From NCBI GenBank assembly GCA_963699545.1, contig CAVOUE010000004.1, positions 96,001 to 160,000 of the forward strand: a DNA stretch of 64,000 nt. Reading direction: 5' to 3'. Positions within the stretch are counted from its first letter, which is position 1. The number at the start of each line of letters is the position of its first letter. Source of the DNA: Nitrospirota bacterium (GTDB lineage: Bacteria > Nitrospirota > Thermodesulfovibrionia > Thermodesulfovibrionales > UBA9159). The translations under genes and the position numbers were made by a program. Below are positions 10,213-21,201 of the stretch, one piece after another. Below the pieces are notes generated by a model. That model saw only the letters and a list, made by a program, of their open reading frames with translations. It ran no database searches and was not told where the DNA came from.

Positions 10213-11301
10213 CTATCCCCTCCCTTTCGAAGTGCTCGATACCCGTTGGATCATCGTGAGCAGCTCTTCGGGTACCATCGATCGACCAATAGCCTCTTCA
10301 TAAGAGATCAACCCCTTTGTATAGAGTTCAAAGAGCGACTGGTTCATGGTCTGCATTCCCGACTTTGACTGTCCGGTCTGCATCTGGGAATAAATCTGGT
10401 GCACTTTGTCTTCCCTGATAAGGTTGCGTATGGCAGGATTCGGTACGAGTATCTCCACCGCCATCACCCTGCCGTGCCCGCTTCTCTTGGGGAGAAGCTG
10501 CTGGGAGAGTATTCCCTCAAGAACGAAGGACAGCTGAACCCTTATCTGTTCCTGCTGGTGGGACGGGAAGACATCGACGATTCGGTTGATGGTCTGGACG
10601 GCTGAGTTCGTATGCAGGGTTGCCAGCGTCAGGTGTCCTGTTTCGGAGACCGTCAATGCTGCTTCAATGGTCTCCAGATCACGCATCTCACCGATCAGGA
10701 CCACGTCAGGGTCCTGCCGGAGGACGTACTTCAGGGCTGCCTTGAACGAGATGGTGTCGGCGTTCACCTCTCTCTGGTTTATGAGGCATTTCTTGTGGCC
10801 ATGGAGGTATTCGATGGGATCCTCCACCGTGATGATGTGATCGTACCGTTCATCATTGATACGGTCTATCATGGCCGCAAGGGTGGTCGATTTTCCACTT
10901 CCGGTCGGTCCTGTGACGAGAATGAGGCCCCGTGGCTTCCTCACCAGTTCATTGACTATGTCCGGTAACATAAGGTCATTGAATGTCCTTATGGTGAAGG
11001 GAATGGTTCGGAAGGCGCCTGCCACTGCGCCCCGTTGCATGAAGATGTTGGCCCTGAACCTGCTGAGTCCTTTTATCCCGAAGGAAAGATCAAGCTCGCT
11101 GTTCTCTTCAAAGCGGTGCTTCTGCGCATCCGTCAGGATGCTGTAACAAAGGGCCTTTGTGTCGGTTGGGCTGAGAACAGGATGATCCATGCTCGACAGC
11201 TTTCCGTCAACCCTCAGCCTGGGCGAGGAGCCGGTCGTGATATGGAGGTCGGATGCGCCACTTTCGATCATGTTCTTCAGCAGGTCATATAACGTTGCCA
11301 T
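10213..11301 (-). CDS. pilT: Retraction ATPase PilT
   Basis: GPTGSGKST, LRQDPD, AIRNLIRE. Confidence 0.97.
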   Translation of the reverse strand: MATLYDLLKNMIESGASDLHITTGSSPRLRVDGKLSSMDHPVLSPTDTKALCYSILTDAQKHRFEENSELDLSFGIKGLSRFRANIFMQRGAVAGAFRTIPFTIRTFNDLMLPDIVNELVRKPRGLILVTGPTGSGKSTTLAAMIDRINDERYDHIITVEDPIEYLHGHKKCLINQREVNADTISFKAALKYVLRQDPDVVLIGEMRDLETIEAALTVSETGHLTLATLHTNSAVQTINRIVDVFPSHQQEQIRVQLSFVLEGILSQQLLPKRSGHGRVMAVEILVPNPAIRNLIREDKVHQIYSQMQTGQSKSGMQTMNQSLFELYTKGLISYEEAIGRSMVPEELLTMIQRVSSTSKGRG

Positions 11302-13130
11302 TTAGTATCCCCTAGTTCTCCAAAAGTTACTCTCAATACCTCTTCTATGGAGGTAACGCCATCTTTAATTTTTGTCAGGCCGCTCATCCTCAGGGTCTTT
11401 GTCCCCAGCCGAACGGCGGCCTTCTTGATCTCGTTTGCAGAGGCGCCTTCAAGGATCAGTTCCCTGATTTCATCGCTGATCGGCATCACCTCGTACAGGG
11501 CTATTCTCCCCTTGTATCCCGAATTGTTGCATATGGCACAGCCTTTACCCCTGAAGCATTTGAGGGTCTTTGCCTCCTCTTCAGAGAAACCGATCTTGAC
11601 AAGAGCCTGAGCAGGCGCCTTTTCCTCTTCCTTGCACTGCTGACATACCTTCCGTGCAAGCCTCTGGGCCAGGATAAGGATGACCGATGACGAGACGAGA
11701 AACGGCTCGATACCCATGTTCAGAAGCCTGCTAATGGTACTCGGGGCATCGTTGGTATGGAGCGTGCTCAGGACGAGATGGCCGGTGAGGGCCGCCTTGA
11801 CCGCGATCTCCGCCGTCTCAAAATCCCTGATCTCTCCTACCATGATGATATCAGGGTCCTGCCTGAGGAACGACCTCAAGGACGATGCAAAGGTAAGGCC
11901 TATCTCTTCCCTCACCTGAACCTGGTTGATCCCCATAAAGTTATACTCCACCGGGTCCTCAGCGGTCATGATATTGATTCCCGGCTTGTTCAAGTGGTTC
12001 AGCGCAGAGTAAAGAGTTGTGGTCTTTCCGCTTCCGGTGGGGCCGGTCACGAGGACCATGCCATAGGGTTTCTCGATAGCTTCCATGAAGTCCTCAAGCT
12101 GTTTTTTCTCAAACCCCAATTTCGTGAGGTCGACCTGGAGGTTTGCTTTGTCGAGGAGCCTGAGAACGGTCTTTTCACCAAACAGCGTCGGCAGTGTCGA
12201 AACGCGAAAGTCAATCTCTCTCTTCTTTCCTAGTTTCAGCTTGATCCGTCCGTCCTGAGGGAGCCTCCGCTCCGCGATATCGAGCCTTGACATGATCTTC
12301 ACCCTGGAGGTGAGGGACGCTCTTATCTTCGGGGGCAGGCTCATCACTGTGTACATGACGCCGTCAACCCTGTATCTCACCCTCATGGAACTTTCATAGG
12401 GCTCCAGATGAATATCGCTCGCTCCGGCCTTTATCGCATTTACGAATATTCCGTTCACCAGCTTGACGATGGGCGCCTCCACATCTTTGACAACCTCTGC
12501 GTCTTCCCTAACTTCCACGACATCGATGGTATCGAGAGCGCTTCCCACGATCTTGTCGAATTCATCCACATCCACGCTCGGCCCATCCTCCGAACCCATC
12601 GGCGGACCCTCATTCCCTTCCATCTCCTCGTCAGTAAGTGTGTAGTCTCTCGCCTGCACCGCCTGCGATGAGCTCGTCTTTTTTGAAGCTACCAGGCCGT
12701 CCCCCCCTTTTGAATAATTGTTGGCGATGGCACTGATGATTGCGGATTCCGCAGCAACGACCACTTCAACATTGTATCCCGTCATGAACTTCACATCGTC
12801 AATGGCAAATACATTTGAGGGATCAGCCATTGCGATCGTAAGGGTAGCTCCCACTCTTGCAATGGGCATGATAAGATATTTTCTCGCCATTTCGAGGGGG
12901 ATGAGTTTTACGACAGTGAGGTCAATGGTGTATTCTGAAAGGTTTATGGCCGGCACACCGAACTGCTTGGAGAGAAATGAGACCAGCTTGTCCTCGGTGA
13001 TGTACCCCAGTTTGGCGAGGTTGGTGCCGAGCCTGCCCCCCTCCTTTTTCTGGAGGCTCAAGGCTTGTTTGAGCTGTTCCTCGGAGATGATATTCGAGGT
13101 GATCAGTATTTGACCGAGCTTAGCCACCAT
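11277..13130 (-). CDS. pilB: Extension ATPase PilB (true stop possibly near 11312)
   Basis: MshEN/T2SSE_N N-terminus, GPTGSGKTT, tetra-Cys motif. Confidence 0.96.
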   Translation of the reverse strand: MVAKLGQILITSNIISEEQLKQALSLQKKEGGRLGTNLAKLGYITEDKLVSFLSKQFGVPAINLSEYTIDLTVVKLIPLEMARKYLIMPIARVGATLTIAMADPSNVFAIDDVKFMTGYNVEVVVAAESAIISAIANNYSKGGDGLVASKKTSSSQAVQARDYTLTDEEMEGNEGPPMGSEDGPSVDVDEFDKIVGSALDTIDVVEVREDAEVVKDVEAPIVKLVNGIFVNAIKAGASDIHLEPYESSMRVRYRVDGVMYTVMSLPPKIRASLTSRVKIMSRLDIAERRLPQDGRIKLKLGKKREIDFRVSTLPTLFGEKTVLRLLDKANLQVDLTKLGFEKKQLEDFMEAIEKPYGMVLVTGPTGSGKTTTLYSALNHLNKPGINIMTAEDPVEYNFMGINQVQVREEIGLTFASSLRSFLRQDPDIIMVGEIRDFETAEIAVKAALTGHLVLSTLHTNDAPSTISRLLNMGIEPFLVSSSVILILAQRLARKVCQQCKEEEKAPAQALVKIGFSEEEAKTLKCFRGKGCAICNNSGYKGRIALYEVMPISDEIRELILEGASANEIKKAAVRLGTKTLRMSGLTKIKDGVTSIEEVLRVTFGELGDTKWQRYMTC

Positions 13131-13287
13131 ACCCACTACGATATATGAAAACGCCGTTGATGTCAACTCTGAATGTCAACTATCTAACCCCCCGATGTCC
13201 TGCGATTTTTCTTCTCTTTCGAAACTGGGCCACAGGAAGTCGGTTGCGGTGCTATTTTTGCGGCAACCTGCGGAGAAGGATGGAGGT

Positions 13288-14871
13288 TCAGGAAGACCCT
13301 CTCGCCAGTTTCCTGTTGGTGAAGAATTGCTGGATAATGCTCAGAACGTTATTCACAAGCCAGTAGAGCACCAGACCGGAGGCAAAATTGAGGAACATAA
13401 AGGTGAATACCACCGGCATCATCATCATCATCCTGTTCTGCTTGGGGTCGAGGGAAGTGGGGGTCATCTTCTGCTGTATGACCATGGTAATTCCCATGGC
13501 CAGGGGCAAGGGCCCTACTGCGAACCCTCCGAGTAAAGGAAACCATGCAGGTATGTGACCGAAAAGCGTGTCAGGCCCCGAAAGGTCGGTTATCCAGAGG
13601 ATGAATGGGGCGCCCCTCAACTCAATGGCGACCATAAGTACCTTGTAGAGGGCAAAGAAAACAGGGATCTGGAGGAGCATCGGCAGGCAGCCGCCCACGG
13701 GATTCACCTTGTATTTCTTGTACATCTCCATGGTCTCTTTCTGTAGTTTCTGCGGGTCCTTCTTGTGTTTCTCCCTCAGTTCAGCGATCTTGGGCTGAAG
13801 TTCCTGCATCTTCCTCATGGATTTCTGGCTCTTGTTGAGGAGGGGGATGAACGGCACCCTCACCACAATCGTGAGGAGGACGATGGCCCACCCGTAATTG
13901 CCGAGGAATTTGTAGAAGAACTTCAATATCCAGAATAGGGGCCTTGACAGGATGGAGAAGAACCCGAAGTCGATGATATGCTCGAGGCCGACGTTCAGCT
14001 CCTGCAGGCGGTCGTAGTCCTTTGGCCCTGCGCAGACAAGGAAGTTGTTCTCCCCGGATTTCACCTTCAGCGCCAGGACAGGGGAATCCTGAACCTTCCA
14101 GGCCTTTGCTTCAACGACCTGACCGGACGGAACAATGGACGCAAAGAAATATTTGTCTTCCTGCGCGATCCACCTCAGACCTTCCCGGTATACTTTCTGT
14201 TCATTAAGCTTCTTGGCATCCAATTCTATGCGGTCCGTGTCTTTGAGAATAACGGGGCCGATATGGGGAGCGGAAGAATCTTTGGTATCGAATATGCCGA
14301 AATCCGAGCCAAGGGTAATCCAGTACTCGGAAAGGCCGCTCACTTCATCTTTAAGGTCGAATTTATACCGGTCACCATAAAAAGTGTACGTTCTCCTGAC
14401 GGACAATTGAGGTGTGGCATATTCAAAGATGATGGTGCCTGTCTGGGAGGTCTTGAGGGCCATGTCGCCCCCCCTCACGGTGAAAATGACCCTGGCGAGT
14501 CCGAAATCATCCTTTTCTCCCAGACCGAGGGCGGGAAACATTTCCTGGGGCTTCAGAAGGGAGACAGGGACCCCGTTTTCTTTATACGTCTTCAGGTCGA
14601 ATTTCTTGATCGTGCCGCCCCTTGAGCTAAGGGTAGCGATATAAAGCCCTGTATCGACCGTCACATCCCTTCCTGCCCGGGACGCCTCTTCTACGACCGG
14701 AGGAACAGTAGCCGGTGGAGGTTCCTTCTTGGCAGACCCGGTCACCGTCTCTGTCTTCGGCGGAGGTGGAGCCTGTTGCTGGGACGGTGTTTGAGCGAAG
14801 AAATACTGGGACCCTATCAGCACCACGAGTGCCAGCACAACAGCGAGAAGCGTTCGTTTATCGATATCCAT
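13288..14871 (-). CDS. yidC: Membrane protein insertase YidC
   Basis: GNYGWAIVLLTIVVR, GGCLPMLLQIPVF, GLVLYW. Confidence 0.97.
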   Translation of the reverse strand: MDIDKRTLLAVVLALVVLIGSQYFFAQTPSQQQAPPPPKTETVTGSAKKEPPPATVPPVVEEASRAGRDVTVDTGLYIATLSSRGGTIKKFDLKTYKENGVPVSLLKPQEMFPALGLGEKDDFGLARVIFTVRGGDMALKTSQTGTIIFEYATPQLSVRRTYTFYGDRYKFDLKDEVSGLSEYWITLGSDFGIFDTKDSSAPHIGPVILKDTDRIELDAKKLNEQKVYREGLRWIAQEDKYFFASIVPSGQVVEAKAWKVQDSPVLALKVKSGENNFLVCAGPKDYDRLQELNVGLEHIIDFGFFSILSRPLFWILKFFYKFLGNYGWAIVLLTIVVRVPFIPLLNKSQKSMRKMQELQPKIAELREKHKKDPQKLQKETMEMYKKYKVNPVGGCLPMLLQIPVFFALYKVLMVAIELRGAPFILWITDLSGPDTLFGHIPAWFPLLGGFAVGPLPLAMGITMVIQQKMTPTSLDPKQNRMMMMMPVVFTFMFLNFASGLVLYWLVNNVLSIIQQFFTNRKLARGSS

Positions 14872-14872
14872 A

Positions 14873-15082
14873 TTATTTTACCGGATCGTAGCCACCAGGA
14901 TGAAAAGGGTGGCACTTCAGTATCCTCCGGAGGGAGAGATACAGGCCTTTCAGGGTTCCGTATTTTCTTAGTGCCTCTATGGAATAGACGGAGCAGGTGG
15001 GCAGAAACCTGCAGCTTTGCGGAAGAAAAGGCGAAAGGAGATACTTATAAGCTCTCAGTATCAGAACAAATATTTTCGCCAT
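14873..15082 (-). CDS. yidD: Membrane protein insertion efficiency factor YidD
   Basis: [26 protein letters not shown]. Confidence 0.95.
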   Translation of the reverse strand: MAKIFVLILRAYKYLLSPFLPQSCRFLPTCSVYSIEALRKYGTLKGLYLSLRRILKCHPFHPGGYDPVK

Positions 15083-15186
15083 AGTTTCTTCCCCGGCCTC
15101 ACCAGAGGGGTACAGGTGCACAATGTACAGGTTGACTTTGAATGCGCTCAGGGAATTCAAGGTCGGTGACCTGCGGGGAAGGGAGG

Positions 15187-15327
15187 TTAAACGACTAAGC
15201 GCTTGCGTCCCTTAGCCCGTCTTCTCTGCAGGGTTCTCCTGCCTCCCTTTGTGCTCATCCTCTCCAGGAAGCCGTGCGTCCTTTTCCTTTTTATCTTATG
15301 TGGGCGGAATGTTGTGTACGTTCCCAT
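15187..15327 (-). CDS. rpmH: 50S ribosomal protein L34 (not in ORF track)
   Basis: Manual translation [46 protein letters not shown]. Confidence 0.97.
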   Translation of the reverse strand: MGTYTTFRPHKIKRKRTHGFLERMSTKGGRRTLQRRRAKGRKRLVV

Positions 15328-15344
15328 AATTTTCCTCGACCGCC

Positions 15345-15374
15345 AGTATAAACGGTAAGAACGTATAAAGTCAA
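15345..15374 (-). promoter_or_regulatory. Sigma70 promoter of rpmH
   Basis: TTGACT-18 nt-TATACT. Confidence 0.6.
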
Positions 15375-15513
15375 GTTAGTAAAGAAGCGCAAGAAGCGGT
15401 CTGCGAATAATATGACAGCGATTCGGATCGACAACGCGTGATACGCAGGCGGCTCAATTTTGGCCCCGCGATTTTAAGTTGAACTTGTGCCACTCCATCG
15501 GTTAATATTTTGT

Positions 15514-18500
15514 ATGCACCAACATTCCGATTACGTCCCGCTCCACCTCCACACGGAATACAGCCTCCTTGATGGATCCATCAAGATCGATGAACTGGTG
15601 GAACTCGCGTCCCGGTACAGGATGCCCGCCGTAGCAATGACCGATCACGGTAATCTCTTTGGAGCCATAGAGTTTTACAAGAAGGTCGCGAAGGCGGGGA
15701 TAAGGCCTATCATCGGCTGCGAGGTCTATGTGGCGCCGGGGAGCCGCTTCGAAAAGAAAAGCGAGGGCGCGTCGGAGAACATCATTTCATCTTATCCTTC
15801 TCGCTAGGGACAATCACGGATACCGGAATCTTGTGAGCCTCGTTTCGAAGGCCTATACAGAGGGGTTCTATTACAAACCCAGGATCGACAAGGACCTTCT
15901 TGGTCAATACAGCGGAGGACTCATTGCCCTTTCAGCCTGTCTGAAGGGGGAGGTCCCCTATTATTTGAGCAGGGATATGACGGAGAAGGCGCGGAAGAGC
16001 GCTTTGGAGTATAAGAATATACTCGGCCCGGAGAATTTCTATATTGAGGTCCAGGACAACGGCATGGAGGCACAGGAGAAGGCGAACCGGAAGCTTGTGG
16101 AACTCGCCAATGAGCTCCATATCGGCATGGTCGCGACCAACGACTGCCACTACCTGAGGAAGGAGGACGCCCGGGCCCATGATATTCTCCTCTGCATCCA
16201 GACAGGGAAAACAGTGAGCGATGTAAACAGGATGAGGTTCGAGACCAGTGAGTTCTATGTCAAGTCCGCGGAGGAGATGAAGCGGGCCTTTACCGAGATT
16301 CCTTCCGTGGTGCTGGCAACGCGACAGATCGCGGAGCGGTGCAATGTTGAATTCAACCTCGGGGCGAGCTTGTTGCCCATGTACAGGGTGGAGAACGGGA
16401 CGCCTGAGGCATATCTGAAAAGGTTAGCTACGGAAGGGCTGAAGGAGAGGTTCGGCGATAACCCTCCTGAAATGTACAGGGACAGGCTGAGGACCGAACT
16501 GGATATCATCAACAGAATGAACTATGCTTCCTATTTTCTCATAGTCTGGGATTTCATCGAGTATGCAAAGAAGAACAGCATTCCCGTGGGTCCGGGCAGG
16601 GGCTCTGCAGCCGGGAGCCTTGTCGCATACTGCCTCGGGATAACCGAGATCGACCCCCTGAAGTACAACCTGCTTTTCGAAAGGTTTCTGAACCCCGATA
16701 GGATAAGCATGCCTGATATTGATGTGGATTTCTGCAAGGACAGAAGGGGCGAAGTGATATCGTATGTCTCGAAGGAGTACGGTGACGATCGTGTCGCTCA
16801 GATAATTACCTTTGGAACCATGGCTGCGAAGGCGGCAATAAGGGATGTCGGGAGGTCTCTGGACATCCCCTACGCCGAGGTAGACAGGATAGCAAAACTG
16901 GTTCCGAACACCTTGAACATAAGCATTGACGAGGCCCTAAAAGTTGAACCACAACTTAAGGAAATATATGATAACAGCCCTAAAGTTAAGGAGATACTCG
17001 ATATAGCAAAGAAGCTTGAGGGGCTTTGCAGGCATGCTTCGACCCATGCCGCTGGAGTAGTGGTTTCTCCGGAACCCCTCACCGAGTATGCCCCGCTTTA
17101 CAAGAACCCTGCGGACGGCACCATCACTACGCAGTTCGATATGGGGTCGGTCGAGGCTATCGGACTCCTGAAATTCGACTTCCTCGGGCTTAAAACGCTT
17201 ACTGTTATCGAAAAGACTATCGGTTATATCAGGTCCGGTGGCGCTGAATTCTCTCTTCAGGCTATTGCCCTGGATGATGCTGAAACGTACCGTTTGCTGA
17301 GTTCGGGTCAGACAACGGGAGTGTTCCAGCTCGAAAGCGCGGGGATGAGGGATATCCTCGTGAGGATGCAGCCGAACCGTTTCGAAGACCTCATCGCCCT
17401 TGTTGCCCTTTATCGTCCCGGTCCTATGGCGTGGATCGATGAATTCATCAAGGCAAAGAAAGGCGAGGTAAAGATCTCCTACGAACTGCCTCAGCTCAAA
17501 GAGATTCTGGACGAGACCTATGGAATCATCCTGTACCAGGAACAAGTCATGATGATCGCCAACAAGATAGCGCATTTCTCCATGGGACAGGCCGATATTC
17601 TGCGACGGGCCATGGGAAAGAAGAAGGCCGAGGAGATGGAGGAGCAGAAGGATGATTTCGTAAAGGGGGCAGTGAGCCACGGGATACCTGAGAAGAAGGC
17701 CAGAAGGCTCTTCGAAAAAATGGAGCCGTTTGCCAGGTATGGTTTTAACAAGTCCCATTCCGCGGCCTACGCTTATATCGCTTACCAGACCGCCTATCTC
17801 AAGACCCACTTCCCCGTGGAGTTCATGGCGGCTACCCTGAGTTCCGATACTGACAACACGGACAAGATCGTAAAGTCCATTGCAGAATGCAGAAACATGT
17901 CCATCGGTATTTTGCCCCCGGATATCAACCAGAGCGGCAAAGAATTCAAGGTGAGCGGGAAAGCGATTCGTTTTGGTCTCGAGGCGGTCAAAGGAGTTGG
18001 CGGTGCTGCCATCGAGTCCATACTCGAGGTAAGGGAGCAGGACGGGCTTTTCACCTCCATGGAAGATTTTCTCCGGAGGGTGGACGGAAGGAAGGTGAAC
18101 AAGAAGGTTGTGGAGAGTCTCATCAAAGCGGGGGCCTTCGATTCCTTCGGCATGCTCAGGGCCACGGCACTGGCCCTGTTCAATAGGGCAGCAAGCGGCG
18201 ATTCCTGCATGGGTAGCCTCTTTGATCAGCAGGATATCTTTGGCGAAGGCGATGGTGAGGAAGAGACGGAGTGGGATGAGATGACGCTCCTCAGATTTGA
18301 GAAGGATGCCCTGGGCTTTTATATTACGGGTCATCCGTTGTCAGGGTACCGGGAAGCCCTTTCTGCACTGAAGATCAAGGGAATGTCCGAACTGGAGGAC
18401 AGCCCGGACAAGGGAGAGGTTCAGGTGGCAGGGGTGGTAAGTGCCATTAAGAAGATCAAGACCAAGGGCAAGGCGGAGAGCATGGCATACCTCACCCTTG

Positions 18501-18908
18501 AGGATGAAGAGGGAAGCGCAGAAGTCATTGTGTTCCCCGAACTCTATAGAACTATGGCGGATGTCCTGGTGAAGGAAAGCCTGGTGGCGGTGAAAGGGAT
18601 CGTTGATAAGACTGAGAAAGGGCTTAAGATCGTTTCCAGGGAAGTTATGAGACTTGAAGAACTGATTGCGCGGAACGGCGCACAAAAAATGGAAATAACG
18701 CTGCAGAAGAATTCGTTGCCTCCGGCACAGCTCAGGGCTCTCAAAGATCTGTTGTCGTCCTCCGCAGGGAGATGTTCTCCTTTACCTCAGGATAGAGGTG
18801 AACGGGTCCTGTGCGCTCATCGCCACGGGCCTCAGGGTGGAACCTTCCGGGACGCTGGTCGAAAAGATCGAGGGGCTCCTCGGAAAGGGTATGGTGAGGC
18901 TGGGGTGA
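15514..18908 (+). CDS. dnaE: DNA polymerase III alpha subunit (frameshifts near 15780 and 18778)
   Basis: [31 protein letters not shown] fold; alternative-frame tail LYLRIEV...[11 protein letters not shown] stop. Confidence 0.95.
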
Positions 18909-19891
18909 GCTATTACCTGGAGTTCGAAAAACCCCTGGAGGAGCTGGAAACGAAGATCGATGAACTGAAGCGTCTGTCCGACGGGAAAGATATCGATATC
19001 ACCTCAGAGATAAAGAAGCTCGAAAAGAAGGCGAAAGAGCGCAGGGCGGAGATCTTTTCGAACCTCTCTCCATGGCAGAAGACAATGATCGCGCGACACC
19101 CCGACAGGCCGTACACCCTTGATTACATATCACTCATTGCCAGGGATTTCATCGAGCTACATGGCGACAGGAAATTTGCGGATGACCCATCGGTCGTCGG
19201 CGGATTCGGAAGGATAGAGGATGTCACCTTCATGATCATCGGGCACCAGAAGGGGAGGGGAACAAAAGAGAGGATCTACAGGAATTTCGGTCAGCCCCAT
19301 CCCGAAGGCTACCGAAAGACGCTCCGACTTATGAAACTCGCTGAGCGGTTCAGAAGGCCTGTCCTGACCTTCATTGACACGCCGGGCGCCTTCCCCGGCA
19401 TCGGTGCAGAAGAGAGGGGGCAGGCAGAGGCCATTGCCACGAACCTCATGGAGATGTCCAGGCTGAAGACCCCGATAATTTCGGTGGTCATCGGCGAGGG
19501 GGGAAGCGGTGGCGCGATAGCCCTGGGGGTCGCTGACCGGCTCTTCATGCTTGAACATTCCGTTTATTCGGTCATATCACCTGAGGGTTGTGCTGCCATC
19601 TTATGGAAGAAGAGCGGAGAGATCGGTCCCGATGAATTTGCGAAGGCTGCGGAAGCCCTCAGGCTCACGGCCCCGGAGCTTCTCAAGTTCAAGGTCATTG
19701 ATGAGGTGATTCCGGAGCCCCTTGGCGGCGCCCACAGGGATCCCGCCTTCACTGCGGAGAAGATCGCGGCAGCGGTCATGAAAGCCCTGGATGAAGTGAA
19801 GACAAAGACACCTTCAAAACTTGTGGATGAGAGATTCAAGAGATTGCGCAAAATCGGAATATACGAGGAAGGAGTATCTGGTCTCCAATGA
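18905..19891 (+). CDS. accA: Acetyl-CoA carboxylase carboxyltransferase alpha subunit
   Basis: [25 protein letters not shown] start overlaps dnaE TGA. Confidence 0.95.
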   Translation: MSYYLEFEKPLEELETKIDELKRLSDGKDIDITSEIKKLEKKAKERRAEIFSNLSPWQKTMIARHPDRPYTLDYISLIARDFIELHGDRKFADDPSVVGGFGRIEDVTFMIIGHQKGRGTKERIYRNFGQPHPEGYRKTLRLMKLAERFRRPVLTFIDTPGAFPGIGAEERGQAEAIATNLMEMSRLKTPIISVVIGEGGSGGAIALGVADRLFMLEHSVYSVISPEGCAAILWKKSGEIGPDEFAKAAEALRLTAPELLKFKVIDEVIPEPLGGAHRDPAFTAEKIAAAVMKALDEVKTKTPSKLVDERFKRLRKIGIYEEGVSGLQ

Positions 19892-20133
19892 AGAACACGC
19901 TGTTATTCATCGTCTTTGTCCTTGTGGTCCTCGGGCTTCTCTACGCCATATCAGGGAAGCGGGTACCCCCCCGCCTTATCCCGGGAGACAGTCGTCATGC
20001 CGGGATACACGACACGGCGGTCTGTACGGGCTGTCACGGGCCGGGAAAGGAAGCCCCGCTGAAGGCGAAGCATCCGCCCAAACAAGAATGCTTCAAATGT
20101 CACAAGATAGCTAAAGAGGGCAGGCCCGGGTAA
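19888..20133 (+). CDS. Small membrane-anchored diheme cytochrome c
   Basis: N-terminal TM, CTGCH and CFKCH. Confidence 0.8.
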   Translation: MKNTLLFIVFVLVVLGLLYAISGKRVPPRLIPGDSRHAGIHDTAVCTGCHGPGKEAPLKAKHPPKQECFKCHKIAKEGRPG

Positions 20134-20153
20134 TTTTCCGGGGAAAGGGGATT

Positions 20154-20618
20154 ATGCAGGCGGCAACCACGGCTTCCGTGGTCAAGTGTCTTCTCTGTGA
20201 GAAATCCTTAGAGACCCGGAGGTCCTTTGCGTGCGGCAGGTGCAAAAAATCACCGTTCTGTCTTGAACATCTGGATAGTGAGTACAGGGTATGTTCGGGG
20301 TGTGCCGCTGAGAAGAGGATCGAGCTTTACCACGCCATCATGATGCAGGGAAAAAGCGTAAAGGGATTCTTACGGTTCACCCAGTTCATGTTCATGCTTG
20401 CGGCAGTCTTCTTTGTCTTTGACAGGCTTGTCAATGAACACATCCCTGAATTTCTGAAGGGAAGTATTTTCTTTGATTACGTCTTTTACTGGGGAGGAGC
20501 AGCCGTGGCTGGTATGGCACTCTGTTATGTGATCATCCTTTCTCAAAGGCAGAAGATGAAAGAGGTTGAGGACAAGATCCACAGTCATAAGGTCCACTCC
20601 CGGTATTTGTTTCGCTGA
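20154..20618 (+). CDS. Zn-finger membrane protein, hypothetical
   Basis: CxxC/CxxC/CxxH/CxxC then two hydrophobic segments. Confidence 0.65.
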   Translation: MQAATTASVVKCLLCEKSLETRRSFACGRCKKSPFCLEHLDSEYRVCSGCAAEKRIELYHAIMMQGKSVKGFLRFTQFMFMLAAVFFVFDRLVNEHIPEFLKGSIFFDYVFYWGGAAVAGMALCYVIILSQRQKMKEVEDKIHSHKVHSRYLFR

Positions 20619-20663
20619 CGTTGCCTGCTTCTTCTCCCTGAAGAAAGAAACGGAGGAAGGCGA

Positions 20664-20921
20664 TTGAACATCGTTATTTACACGTCTCCCACATGAGCTG
20701 ATTGCCAGGCGCTGAAGGAGTTTCTTTCAGAAAGGGGAGTGGCTTTTGAAGTCAAGGATATCGCCGCTGATGAGGCGGCGAGAAAGGAACTGGTGGAGAA
20801 ATACTGGAGACTTGCGACTCCCGCTATCGTTATTGACGGGAAGGTATTTGTTGGCTTCAGGGACAACAGGGCAGCGATAGAGAAGCTGTTGTCAGAGAGG
20901 GCCGGGGAGTCGAAACAATGA
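20664..20921 (+). CDS. Glutaredoxin/NrdH-like selenoprotein (UxxC)
   Basis: RBS GGAGG, TTG start, MNIVIYTSPT-TGA-ADCQALKEFL...ATPAIVIDG; hairpin after TGA. Confidence 0.85.
20712..20730 (+). promoter_or_regulatory. Candidate SECIS hairpin
   Basis: CTGAAGG-AGTTT-CTTTCAG starting 15 nt after the in-frame TGA. Confidence 0.6.
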
Positions 20922-21030
20922 CAGATGCAGTTTCATGTCTGGCGACTGAGGACCCGGCAAAAAAGAGGGGCATGAACCGTCGCAGCCCAAGCCCTTCTCT
21001 TCAATGCTTCTTCGGCGTATCCGGCTCGTG

Positions 21031-21201
21031 TCAGCTGTGGATCTTCTTTCTCCACGAATCAAGGTAGTCTTTTGTGACTCTTTTTACGCCGTGATCTTTC
21101 CGCGCATGTTCAGCGGCTTTTTTCAGCACTTCGTCGCTGGTTCTGCCGCGGACCTCGAAGTCACAGTTTACGCCTATATCTTTACATGATAACACTTTCA
21201 T
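21031..21201 (-). CDS. DUF1059-family small metal-binding protein (not in ORF track)
   Basis: MKVLSCKDIGVNCDFEVRGRTSDEVLKKAAEHARKDHG; RBS AAGGAGG. Confidence 0.85.
   Translation of the reverse strand: MKVLSCKDIGVNCDFEVRGRTSDEVLKKAAEHARKDHGVKRVTKDYLDSWRKKIHS

Noticed and set aside
11277-11315. PilB C-terminal extension overlapping pilT
   Set aside because: Removing one A gives VTFGD-stop followed by an RBS for pilT; likely an indel
16937-18334. Long antisense ORFs (also 23353..24216, 24336..25340, 41137..42294, 30142..31131)
   Set aside because: Shadows of well-supported genes on the opposite strand; no motifs
15728-19891. 1387-aa DnaE-AccA fusion ORF
   Set aside because: A normal DnaE tail with its own TGA (18906-18908) exists in another frame and overlaps the accA GTG; an indel near 18778 explains the fusion
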